This document shows positions 51,480-63,601 of a stretch of DNA of 64,000 bases, piece after piece. Position 1 is the stretch's first letter; each line of letters starts with the position of its first letter. The stretch comes from Laetmonice hystrix (Eukaryota), in contig OZ249437.1 in assembly GCA_965235115.1 (NCBI GenBank), positions 14,508,001 to 14,572,000 on the forward strand, written 5' to 3'. The notes below the pieces were generated by a model, which worked only from the letters and a program-made list of their open reading frames with translations, ran no database searches and had not been told where the DNA came from. Made by a program: the position numbers and the translations under genes.

Positions 51480-51741
51480 CTTAGCCCTGAACCACATCAG
51501 ACACAACCGTATTCTCGTCTGCATGAATGACAACCAGAGATCCCTGGACGTGGGGTCACGGTCCAATGATGACTTGTGTTCTGGCACTGTGTCGGCCACA
51601 AGTCGGGACCACCAGCCTTTGTTGTTCTGAGGACGAGTGGTGCTCACAGAACTAACGGCTCCAACCGTATCGCCGTTATCAAACAGCATACGATATAGTC
51701 GATCCTCATCATGAGTCTTTGTCTTCTGGGATATCACTCCG
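51480..51741 (-). pseudogene. Possible decayed Cys-loop (nAChR-like) N-terminal exon
   Basis: AG acceptor at about 51742, then THDEDRLYRMLFDN...RP (cf. EDERLYxxLFxxYNxxxRP) and, in another frame, LVVIHADENT (cf. LIQIIDVDEKNQ). Confidence 0.28.
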
Positions 51742-52364
51742 CTATATAACGTGACGATCTGGTGGAGTGATTCATTGTGTAATTACGGTATCTATCGATG
51801 AACAGTCAGGGCTGTGTCTTGATTTATTTTCACTCTGAGGAAAAGAAGCAGTACGTTGTTCCGCGCATACTTTGAGAGCAGACGGTAAATAGCCAAAAGA
51901 GGAGGCGTCGAAATAAGCTTTACCGCCGGGTTCGGTCGGAGGCTGACAAACCGCTCAGCTCCAAACGCTCAGCTGGCCGGTTTGACATGTGATGCCAACC
52001 GTTGATCGCAGAGTCTCTGCGGTCCTCACGTCATTCCAACCTCGCCTTTGTTAAAGCCTGTACGTGACAGTGTAGTCGACTGAATGCCGTAACTAGATCC
52101 TGGCCGAGGTACTAGTCGCATGCAACAGACCGTCTTCGTCCAAGGAAACTACTTGTAAAACAGTGAGACAGAGGCTTGGCCGGCCTCCAGTCCCGTCATG
52201 GGCCAGGAACGAATTGATCTGTTGGACCCTATTGATGTCATGAAAATACAAACAATGAGGAGTTTTTGGTACTATTTTTAGTGCCGCCTGTTTGTAGCAT
52301 GTGACCCCTTAGACAAAGTATCCATCGCTGTACAGAGACGAACGCCACTGTGTGTAAATTCCTG

Positions 52365-52500
52365 GTCCCGGTTCCTAAAATCGTAAAACCTTACTTAAGT
52401 TTAGGCTTAACGTTTCTGATTGGCTGGTCTAAGCAGACCAGCCAATCAGAAGCGTTAAGCCTAAACTTAAGTAAAATCTTAAAATTTTAGGAACCAGGCC
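52365..52500. mobile_element. 136-bp near-perfect hairpin MITE, GGCC-type termini, CWG flanks
   Basis: Arms ..GGTTCCTAAAAT..CTTACTTAAGTTTAGGCTTAACG.TTCTGATTGGCTGGTCT pair around a short central loop; CTG on the left, CAG on the right. Confidence 0.88.
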
Positions 52501-54543
52501 CAGGTGTACCCAAACAAATCCTCAGGCCACTATGGAAACCCCTCCCCTGTATCTGGACTAAATATTAAAGTAGTGTATCTAATATATTTCCAAGCTTGGA
52601 AAGCACGATTCGACATAATTATGGCAGCACAAAGTCTTGAACTTATAAATTTCGCTCTCTGGCTAGAACGGCCACACACTCGCGCTCCCTCGGATTTCCG
52701 TAAATCCTCACTCGTATACCGCGCAAAGCTTCAAAGCTGTCAACTGTCAACGCGCCAATGTTGTTGTTGACGGTGCCGGGGGCGGGGGAGGAGTTGTAAA
52801 TAGAACGAGTTTTAAACTTTCGTTGATTGATTAAGCGTTTTTGTAACTAAATGGTGTTTATTGTAACTACTAGATTGAGCCACGAAGATCATTCGTATTA
52901 TGTTGTCCTAATGTCCTGATGGATACACCAAGCAGAGAGTGAGCTGTGCCGGAAGTCCCTGTATTGTTCCGCGAAACACCCATTTCTTGGGGTGAAGCGG
53001 CACGTGCTGTGAGTGCAAGTTTGAGGAAATATATGGCGCCACCTGGTGAGTATGGAACGGCCATTAGGCCTCAAGGTCATGGTCACTAGGGAGAAGCTAT
53101 AGTTTTCCTTAACGCATATACCCTGATTAGCTATCAGCTACATGGCCTTCTGGCTTCCCAGACCCGTTTGCCAAAGTTTGTCTTTGACTGACTGAATTAC
53201 GAACACCTCCCAGGTCAGAGCGATGCATGCTGGGATACCAACAGGAAGTGGAAGCCATGCCGGACGACCTCTGTACAACACTTTACAAATTTGATGTTTT
53301 ACCATTAAAAAATATTTGTGTGACCAATCAGGGAAGACTCCACCTGTGATAAATGGATGCTGGTGAGTTGATTGGTACCAGAATTGGAGGTACCCATGCA
53401 AGACCACCAATTTTTAACATTATTTATTTATACATGTATTTATTTATTTTTCCATCATTTGTATTATTGGGGGTTATGCCTCAACAACAGCTATGAGCAG
53501 AACTAGAATGTTTGTTATGATTAATATCAACAGGAAAAGATTCTAATAAGCTCTTTGAAAACAGATTTGGGCAGAATATTGAAGTCGAAAAGTAAAGTTG
53601 ATTATGTAGTCGAGCTCGCAAGCGTTGCAGTTGCTGGGAATACAACATTCAAAAACACTTAAGTAAAGTACCCAGATAGTAATCTGGAGTTTTCAGAGGG
53701 TTGACAGACGATTAGCTTCTATTGTTATCGCCATTCTCGGGTATTGTTAGACTCAGACAGAAAGAAGTATCTTCTACAGTGGATGACATCATTCGTGTTT
53801 CACCTGTTTTGAATTTGACAAATATAAACCAGTTTGGGCTAGCATAAATAATCAGCAGCGCTTATTACATTAACGTGATTTATTATTGATGACTTTAAAC
53901 TACACTTGAATGCTGGGGGTTTAATATACATTACACACCATGGTGTTGAATCAAAGTAATAATAATTTCTTCTTTTCTCCTTTTGCAAATGATTTCTTGC
54001 ACATCTAGGACGACAGCGCATATTTCTAATAGAGCTGTCATAGTGACGCAGACTATTTCAAATTTCGCTAATTTAACTACGATTCCCTAACAATGTTTCT
54101 GACGTTGCTGGAATTAGCGTGAGCACACGGCTGGCATTGTAATCAGCGGAAATATCTGAACGGACGTAATTATTCCTTTCACTAATCAAATATGAAACAC
54201 GCTTCGGGATGTAGAACTAGAGGCGCCTTACTAAACGCAATTTCTAGAAATCAATACAATATAATTTCTACTTCATGCATTTGATACGGCATACCCGAAC
54301 TGAAGCAGGAACAGTACGATATTGCAGTCCCATATGTTACCGAGAGCAGCATATTTTATTCTTGTATTGGAATTCCCTGCATGGTTAAGACTAAACGTTA
54401 ATGTTTAATAATATATATTTCAGACTTTCGCCAACGACCGGATATAAAATATTATTTTATTGAAGATGTTAAAAGTTATGTGTGGTACACTAGTATTGTC
54501 AAAATAATCCGGAATGATTTCACAGTTGTAAGATTCGAATGGT

Positions 54544-54547
<4 letters not shown>

Positions 54548-54592
<45 letters not shown>

Positions 54593-54660
54593 ACTCTCTC
54601 TCCTCTCTCTCCCTCCCTCCCTCTCTCTCTCTCGCTCCCCCTCTCTCTCTCCTCTCTCCA
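54548..54660. repeat. (CT)n microsatellite with CCCT variants
   Basis: Direct reading; source of the RE-repeat ORFs. Confidence 0.95.
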
Positions 54661-55109
54661 ATGGAGAAGCACACACTGTCATTTTATGAGAGAACCTGAT
54701 CAAGAGTGATGATCCTGCTCTCGTCCAGTAAGTTCCTCCTGTTTTTACGTGTCCTTTCCCCTTCATTGCCCCGTAGATTCATTTCATTTGTAAGTTACGT
54801 TCAGTATATAACTGTTGGAATAATCGTTTTCGAGCAAAAATAAATGAAGTAGCCGAATAAACGAACGCAGCCGAACAGGGATACAGAGTAACATATTATA
54901 AATTTACATAGTGCATTATTTTAGTATCTATCTCATATATCTCTATCTCATAAATGGTACCTTCCACAGCGTATACCTTAAGGAGGTATGAAGTATCATG
55001 GGCTTCAGCGGAGATAACAATGTTATATGTTACTCATAAACGGACCCTTGAAGGGCATAGCTGATCTATCAGGAGAAATGCGGCAACATAACGAATTCAT
55101 GAACAATTT

Positions 55110-55380
55110 CTATCTTTGATGAAGTGGCACCATCGAATTCCAAGACTGTTATTAATCATGTTCTCTCTCGCTATTGTTGAAAAGATGCATGTATACATCG
55201 CCTCCAAGAATATTAGGATGAACACCACAACATTTATGGTTGATGCATGGAAGTTTTTCTACGGGGATCATGAGTCAACTGTTGACCTGAAACTGGGCTG
55301 GTCATGGACTGTCACTTGGGACAGATCGGGCGTACAGTTTATGGAGAGTTCGGCCCCAAGGATGACCTGCAGTCCTTTGG
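55110..55380 (+). mobile_element. Decayed RTE-clade LINE 3' fragment
   Basis: NHVLSRYC (cf. NVLSVLLYGCE), RILG (cf. RCLRRILG), NWAGH....D.....W..RPQG (cf. RWAGHV.R..D.R...W.P.G). Confidence 0.4.
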
Positions 55381-55849
55381 AGATTTCTCATATTTTCATT
55401 CTGTCTTTATGACGTGGCGTTTATGTGACCAGAGGGAAGGGGGCGAGGCATCGAACGCTGTTGTGTTCATGTGACAAGCTTGATTCACAGCAGTACGAGA
55501 GCCTTAAGATATACGGGTTGAGAGATCAGTTATTCCGAACTCATGAAGGAGGGACCCGGTTCTGACAGGATGGAAATGTTCGGTAACCCCCGGAGGTATT
55601 GTCCTACGCTTATCCCTTGGGGAGAAAGCAGGTCATGGCTCTGACGTTTGCACATGCCCGGTAATGAGCTACTTGGCCTCTTTGTGTGGTACATTGTTCG
55701 CCTTTCAGTGACGCCAAAACCAGCTGTCAGCTCTCGCAGAAGGAAAATATCCAAGGGTCTTTTCAAAAATAATATTCCGTTCCTTTTGGGCCGCAGCGAG
55801 TGTGCGAGGTGAATTCGCAGTGTCTTTTAAGAGGTTAGGGTCGTGGCCA

Positions 55850-56350
55850 CGAAGGCAGGGGAATTCCCTGATGTGTTTTCGCGATGTGTTTTTTTGCATG
55901 GCCCATGCTGGGCACGCCGCTGTGGATAGGGTTTTTCTTTGGCCCAGTTAATTGGTACGCTTGACAAATGCGTGACCTTGACGTTCTGTCCTGTCAAAGG
56001 GTTGCGGGTCCGCCATCGGGGGGACAGCGGGGTACGCCATGTGACCCTCGGGTGAAATCTCGCGTGATCTGAACGCCGTCCACCTCCCTGAGTTGAATGA
56101 TGGTGCGCTGGTCTTTGAAGTGGCAATACGCTGAGACTCCGCGGAATAAGTCGCACTAATTTAGCCTTTATTTCCCCAAAAAGGCAGCCCCAAAGCACAA
56201 TTTGTAACTTTCCTAATGGACGTTTGAGGTACTATTTTGGCAACCTCATGCATGCCTCCGAGAGGCAAACTGTTTAGAGATCTTATAGAAAGATTGAGGT
56301 CCTCAGACGAACACTCAAAGAGTCCAGCTCTGCTTGGATTATACCCAGCA
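55850..56350 (+). mobile_element. Decayed Gypsy integrase relic (H2C2 zinc finger to core)
   Basis: RDVFFCMAHAGH....FLWP...C..SCQR, later IERL / RRTLKE. Confidence 0.38.
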
Positions 56351-57310
56351 TCATGTACATGCATAATTAGCAACTGGCTGCTTTTAAATCATTCTAATAT
56401 GTCCATATTTAAGTCCCAGTTTTATACTTTTATTAAATCCACAGTGAAACCTTGGCTATCAAACGTTATTTCACATGGAAAAATAATACGTTTTACACAC
56501 GTATACATACTCTATACAACCACCCATTTATTCATTTTGCACATTCACATTCGTGTAAAGAAGAGTCTCTTGAGAGATAAAAACAATGGCACTATATTTT
56601 GATCACAAAATAAACTTTAGATAGCAGAAGGTCGGGGTGATGAATGAATCAGAAAATGTGAGCGTGCGGCAGCTACAGCTAAGCCACGAGCACAAGCAGG
56701 TCTTTACATGGCGATCGAGTGAAATGACAGCATATTTTCCCGTCATCCCTCGAGCCATGAAGCGCAACCCCTCAGCTACCTATACTGACGGCTGGCGCGT
56801 GATTCATGTCACATTAAGTCCAACTATTTACGGAAAAGGCAGAGCAGAAAATTAAACGGCTCTACTGTCAAATGAAAACTGTCTCATCAATATCCGAAGC
56901 CAGGCTGAGTAGCTCGGTTTGTGTCGGGCGAGGTCTTGCTCTTGCCACCACCTCGGGTTTTGATGAACATTCAGCGAAATCCAGAAAAAAGTCCGGAATA
57001 TTGCTTTCCCTTCAATATCGCATTAGAGCGCCGAGTTGTTAATGAGGGCCGCCAGTCCGTTACGCCATGTGTCTAGTAGTACGTACAAATGGGAGTCTGT
57101 GGCGGGTAAAAAGTAGATGGCCGAGGTACAGCGTTCCCCGTTGATCTTTCGACCTTGCCGCATATATTGAAGGGCAGGCATCCCTGTGGGCTGACATGGG
57201 TGTACTCACCCATGTATATGCACGCATGGGTGTAGACTCGTATACATGTGCAAACTACACTCTCAAGTTTCAATGTCAGTGCATCAGTATGAATACAGTG
57301 TATCCAGTCT

Positions 57311-57618
57311 TATACTAGCTGTTGACGTATTTGAACCCTCTGGAGTGTAGTTTGTAAACTAGCTGTTGACGTATTGGAACCCTCTGGAGTGTAGTTTGTA
57401 TACTAGCTGTTGACGTATTGGAACCCTCTGGAGTGTAGTTTGTATACTAGCTGTTGACGTATTGGAACCCTCTGGAGTGTAGTTTGTATACTAGCTGTTG
57501 ACGTAATGGAACCCTCTGGAGTGTAGTTTGTATACTAGCTGTTGACGTAATGGAACCCTCTGGAGTGTAGTTTGTATACTAGCTGTTGACGTAATGGAAC
57601 CCTCTGGAGTGTAGTTTG
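57311..57618. repeat. Minisatellite, 44-bp unit (TATACTAGCTGTTGACGTATTGGAACCCTCTGGAGTGTAGTTTG), 7 copies
   Basis: Period 44 by direct reading. Confidence 0.96.
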
Positions 57619-60511
57619 TCGGAGACCGCGTGGGAGCTATGGCAAAGACATTCACACACCAACCTCATAGAGGTGTGCAACCAAAAACCGTTTTCCGCTT
57701 GTCCTATAAACGATCCATACTCTTCCAGAAGATTGGGTTACTGCAGCGCATTCATGCCGAAACGGGAAATGCCGTCAATCTAGTTTCACCCTTCTTTATT
57801 CCAATATTGAAAACCAGGTATTGCGCAAATCCGCATAGCTTTGTCACGTGCATTAATTTGTCGCAACTTCAATAATCATTTAGGGAGGAGAACTAACATG
57901 AAATAACATTAAATATTTCAAATGATTTGGCGATGTCTTTATTTTAGGTTGGTTCTCTAATCAATACGTGTAAATTGTGAATTCATTTAATTCATTTTGC
58001 ATTTCACCAATGTAAGATTTATTTTATCAATGCCATTATAAATGATATTTTTCGATACCTTCAATATATCAGTAAAATAGTTTTAGAGTTTGGAATCCTC
58101 ATCTAAAATCCAATGTGGTCGCTATGATTGATTCGAAACACCCACACATCTTAATGATTCACAAATATTGGAATGTGTTCCCGGTTTGTATGGAGGAACA
58201 GTGTTTGCAAAGGTCACCAGACTAGGGAATATTATAGAAGTGTCGGTCAGAAGTTTAACGCCAAGGTGAAATGTGATTCTCTTCCATGGAACAGACCAAC
58301 AATAGATGGAAAATTAGAAATGAAACGCGAACCCATTTGCTTACATGACAAGTTAATAGGATTTAGCCTCTGGAGTGATTATGTTGCCGGCGTTGACTGT
58401 TCCCCAGGCCGGCAGAATACCGCCCGCCGATGACTTCCACCCATCACGTTCTTCTATAGCAGTTGTCACGGAAGGCGTTAAAAGTATAAAACCCGTGTGT
58501 CATTAACTTTGGTGGCCTATATTCCAGTTTTTAGACTTCATCCGGCGCTCGCATTCTGTTGTATTTCAAAACCGTAATTATTTAGGTCTAACGGTCTAAG
58601 ACTGTCAAAAATGAAAAGGTCTAAACAATGCGGGAAGACAAAATCTACTTTGTATAGGTCTGTATAGGTTCGAGTGAATTCTGCCATGTGAAAGTACGAC
58701 CTTGCCTCCAACATGTTTAATTAAAAAGAAAGTCCAGGCCTACATGCATCTCTGTTTAGGTCCTATCAGGCCAATAGTTTGGCGTTTTCAAATTTTGAGT
58801 TTTTCTTTCGGAGTTGACGCTTCAACTCATCGAATTTTAAGGTATAGGCCTATAGTCTCTATATACTCTATTTTCCAAACCTCTGCATGATTAAAGCTCT
58901 TGTCACAATGATATAATTTAGAATATCAATGTTAAGAGCTGACCTATAGAGGTAATCGTCTGGTATTGTTCAATACACTACAGGATAAAAAGTATGATCT
59001 ATTTTCTGTCTAGGCTTGAGATCCTTACTACTAATGAGAACAGAATCACAGTAAGGTCAAAAGTAGCCTCCGATTGGTAATTACGCCGAGCCCCAATTCG
59101 ATGAATGAGTCGAGCAACCACGTCGGCTGATTGCGTTATAAGGCCGACACAAAAACGCATCGCTCGCAAATCAACATCAGGACGTGGACGCTGCAGGCAG
59201 GCAGACGACATATAGACTGTCCAACCAATCACAAAGGCGGCATGCAGTTTCTTCCATTTACACGTCATTTCCGGCGATGGTTCACGCTTTCAACACCAGG
59301 GGAAAAACGTCCATCTATGACAGGTTCGCCTTACAGACCACAACGATGCAGTAATGGCTTTCTTTCATAAAATGATCAGGTTTAATCGGAAAGTCAGGTG
59401 TTGCCTTTCTCAGAGAGCAGGCCTTTCAACAATGCCGGTCCCACAGAAAGCACGACACTTGTCTAATACGTAGTCTTCATTAACTTCATCACGCTGGATT
59501 ATTTTCGCACATGATGTTCTCGAGTTTGCGTCACTCATAAGCTCGACAACTCTGCAATCCCCAGTGACAGAATGACACACGATATGTTCCACGGCAGTGT
59601 TGGCTCACGTCGGTCTAGCCTCATCCAAGACTCAGAAATAATTGTTTTCGATTTTCATGTCAGAACGGTCGCCATGAATGAGGTTTCCGTTAATGTTTGC
59701 GAGGACCGCTGTCATGCGCGGTGGCGACCATTCGAATCCATTTATCTTCTTTTCAGTTACATCTGTAAACCTAAGGATTGTGTGGTTCTGGTAACTTTCC
59801 CTGAAATAATGGGGTCGCCATTGCTTCCATTTGTAATCCATTAGGTTCTATTGGCTTTGGAATAGACAAAGAAATCCCACCAAGCAATGACACATTACCT
59901 TGCACTACATTACGGCATTGTTTCGAGTTCCCTCTCGTTCTTCATCAATATTTATGGGAGCCTGCTATCCGTCATGGCAGATAAAACATGACCACTGATA
60001 TTATAGGACCTTTACCTGCTTCCATTGCTCGCTTACTTTTAAATATACATGGATACCTTCTTCTCTCAAATCTACGCCCGTGTATTTAATTATATATATA
60101 TGGGAATACTGGGTAGCTGATCATAAATCTACGTTAGATCTACTACGCCTATATTCGTTCGGTAACCCCCCCCCCCCCCCCCCCCCGTTAAGCCAATACA
60201 GGCCAAGCATAAACAGATTTATAGAATTGGTTAAACCAATCATGCATCATTACTGCTATAATTACAGGGCTTGTTAACATTCAAAAAGGATGATTCACAG
60301 TAAGTGCTACTCGCGTCGAGCTAATCTATGGCTGGCCACGGAAAATAGCCCATATTAGTGCGAGTGTGAGCTGACCACGATGCCAATATTGGAGAGCGTT
60401 AAGCAGCTGGTGGAGGAGACTGAGGGGAGGTGCTGCCCTTTGCCTTCCTGTCCCACGAGCGACATGTACGCACTTCCTGTCATCCCTGGTGGCCATCGAT
60501 CCTAATGGTGG

Positions 60512-60641
60512 NNNNNNNNNNNNNNNNNNNNNNNNNNNNNNNNNNNNNNNNNNNNNNNNNNNNNNNNNNNNNNNNNNNNNNNNNNNNNNNNNNNNNNNNN
60601 NNNNNNNNNNNNNNNNNNNNNNNNNNNNNNNNNNNNNNNNN
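60512..60641. other. Assembly gap (130 N)
   Basis: Run of N flanked by GC-rich, repeat-like sequence. Confidence 1.
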
Positions 60642-61681
60642 GGCCACCCGGCCACAGCTAGGCCTCCGGCCACCCGTGCCCCCACCCCCACCTCGGCCCC
60701 CCCAACCTGGCGCTAGGGCTCCAGTGGGCTCTATCCTGACGTCTTATATAATGTCACGATAGACCATCCCCTGGCATGTAGCTTCCTTGTTTAAAAGGAA
60801 TGTTATTTCGACGGCAAGAGACACCGCCCACATATTATACCCGCTTCTGCTCCCATCAACTATAAATCGTGGATAATGTTGATAGCAAGACAACTTTCTG
60901 GAGAAAAATAATTTCCTGAACCACTGGTTACATGCAGAAGCCGAGCTTTATCAGCAGGAGAGCCGCCCCCCTTCCACTGCCAACCCATTAGATGTAATTA
61001 TTATAGCATGTCTATGTCTTCCCTCTTAATAGTGGAAGGCGTAATACTTTCCGACTTCCCGGAGCAAAGCCAGTTGAGCTCGTGCTCACGTTCTGTCATT
61101 CCCCGGTGACAGGTTAGGCGAGACAGCATACCTATAGCGGAACATGATACAGATTGCAAAGAGTTAGCTATCCTTCATTTATTCTTCCATTAATGCTATA
61201 CGACTAAATAGAGCAAAATGATCAAGAATAAATACTTTGGTGCATTATTAGGTATATGCACGGCTGATTAAGTCCTGCCTTCGTAAACCTATGGCTGCGC
61301 ACGTTAGCGATAGGTAGAGTCGACATCCATGAGCCTCGTATACAAAAAATACACACACGCACAGTTAAAACACTGCTGAGAAATAAGTGGCACCTTTCAA
61401 TGGATTTCAAAAACATGTGTAGGCCTAATTAATGCATCTTTGCTCCTCAGCAATGCTCTTGGCAATGTTCAAACCTTTTATTAGAATAATTATACAACAC
61501 ACCACAACATATCTCCCCCCCCCCCCCCCATCTGCCCGAAAATCTTCGGACTCTTATAGGGCCTATATATCCACCCCAAGCCAGCATCGGCGCGTTCGAT
61601 AATACCTCACTTCCACATACTAATCCGATATCTAGCCTTCAGTAGGCAGTGTAAACAAAAAATACATTTTAAAAAAGCGCT

Positions 61682-61830
61682 CTTCGACGAGTCATATTGA
61701 TCTTTCGCACGTTGCTTCCCATTATCTGCATCGTTGCAGCTCTAGTATCAAAAACATTGGCATTTTTTTTCTTGCCTTCCAACAGCCGCAGAAAATCGAC
61801 TGATCGCTTGATCTGCGGAACACGGGCGTT
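61682..61830 (+). pseudogene. Possible decayed Cys-loop receptor pre-M1/M1/M1-M2 loop fragment
   Basis: One frame reads LRRVILIFRTLLPIICIVAALVSKTLAFFFLPSNSRRK (cf. nAChR [37 protein letters not shown]). Confidence 0.35.
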
Positions 61831-62424
61831 TGTTAGCGTCTAAAACAAAGGGCACGTGTCACGTTCCTGCATTTATGGTTGAATGAAGTGCAGCAGTGGC
61901 ATTCATTTTGTTAATAGATCCATGGCTGTGTAGTGCTTTCGGCGCAGCGTTACTGTAACAATGCGTATAAATCAACCACCAGGCCTGAAACTAAGCGTAC
62001 GATTCTGAAACTAAGCGTACGATTCTGCCTTCCCGACTGTGCCATCCATCACTGCGGCCACAGGCTAATGTCAACTGCAGCATGTCGGCGTTTTCGACAG
62101 GAATTTATTAATGCTGTCTTATAGTACCATGTAATTTGTCACGAGATCGAGCATGTGTCAAGGATGCGAGTGGTTGGGCGACCGGCGCATTTACTAGAAT
62201 TAAGAAATGTGTGTTACATTAACAATGAAGATAGATGGCAGGCCTAAGGCGGGACAACCACATGTTGTCGAGAGTTAGCATATAAATGTTTATAGTCGTC
62301 GCTCTCATGCGCACTCTCTAGGACTATTATGCCATGCATGGTAAGCCCCTACTTTTTTAATTAGTGAAAATGTTAGGCCCAGACCTAGATCTATAAGCTT
62401 CCACCTGCATGGACCCACCATGGC

Positions 62425-62594
62425 CAGGGCTGTGCCCGGGGGGGGGGGGGGGTCTGTAACCCCCCTAGGTGCCAAAGATGTTTTTTTAGGCTTTTTAGGT
62501 CCTTGGATACTGGGATCCGTCCACTGTAACCCCCCCCCCCCCCCCGTGCACCAACCCCCCAACCCCCCCGCACCAATCTCTGGGCACGGCCCTG
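62425..62594. mobile_element. 170-bp MITE, TIR CAGGGC(T/C)GTGCCC, 5-bp direct flank ATGGC
   Basis: ATGGC|CAGGGCTGTGCCC ... GGGCACGGCCCTG|ATGGC. Confidence 0.75.
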
Positions 62595-62726
62595 ATGGCA
62601 CCAACGGCATAGACTCTATAGCCTTGTTCTCTGCGGTAGCGAGGTGGACAGTTCCCAGTCTGGCAAATCTCCCGCCAAAAAAGTAAACACGTCCAGTGCT
62701 TGAAGTCGTAGGCCTAGCCTAAATGC

Positions 62727-62836
62727 AATCTAATTAAAATTAGGTCTTAGTTATTTCGCATGCGCTCCATGGAGCGCGGCAGCACTGAAACAGCCGAGAG
62801 AGACGCGGAATACCAAGATCTAATTTTAATTAGATT
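62727..62836. repeat. Inverted repeat/hairpin (17-bp perfect arms AATCTAATTAAAATTAG) enclosing the palindrome GCGCTCCATGGAGCGC
   Basis: Direct reading. Confidence 0.7.
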
Positions 62837-62882
62837 GAACCTAAATGATTTCCGTGGTGATTTAGGCCTATAGAGTCTAGAT

Positions 62883-62975
62883 CAGGGACCGCGGAACAGT
62901 TTCGACAGTGGGGGGGGGGGGGGCTGCAGTTTGGGATGCCCCCCCCCCCCCAGCCCCCCGCTTCCGCGGTCCCTG
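62883..62975. mobile_element. 93-bp MITE, TIR CAGGGACCGCGGAA, 7-bp near-direct flanks TCTAGAT/TATAGAT
   Basis: 14-bp perfect TIR; internal poly-G and poly-C tracts. Confidence 0.78.
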
Positions 62976-63062
62976 TATAGATATAGGCCCTAGGCCTAAT
63001 TCCACTTTTAGATCTAACCTTAGTTTTGTTAATTAAGAAAGTAAAGTCCCTTAATCCCTTAA

Positions 63063-63601
63063 AGGGGCATGTTATGGAACACGTTTTGGAGGATTTCCGG
63101 CAATTATCCAACATGACCGTGTACCTACTAGGGATCCAAGTAAATAATCCTACCACAGCATTTTGTCCTCCGACGTGTTTTCACTGCATGTGCAGCACAA
63201 ATAGGCTACATAGGTTCTATACGACCAAACGCATAGATTTCTCCCGATAGCACATCTCCCGCCATAATTTGGTAGACAACCTCCCATCAACCCGTGTAAT
63301 CGCATAGTGCGTCACATCCTGCGTGTGCACTCTCTGCATGTGCTTAGTCACGTGCTTCGCTTAGTTGTAAACACTCAGCAGTTGCACTCGATCGTCTGGC
63401 ATCAGAATGCCACCCAAAAAATATTTTACGAAATCGGCAGAGAAGTGGGCAAGGGAGCTTCATAAACTTCGATTTCTCACGCAAAATGAAACTGATAAGT
63501 CTGTCTTTGTTTACCAAGCAATTTTAATGAAGGGTCTCTTTATGAAAACAGCAAAAGTTCTTTGAAATACCGATTTTTCACTTTTCCTCATAAATGCCCC
63601 T
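63063..63601 (+). mobile_element. TTAA-flanked Kolobok-like non-autonomous element, copy 2
   Basis: TTAA|AGGGGCAT ... ATGCCCCT|TTAA; inverted copy of 23272-23801 with scattered substitutions. Confidence 0.88.

Noticed and set aside
53145-53372. SGFPDPFAKVCL, a C2-domain-like motif
   Set aside because: Only about 12 residues match and in-frame stops follow; too weak to list as a feature.
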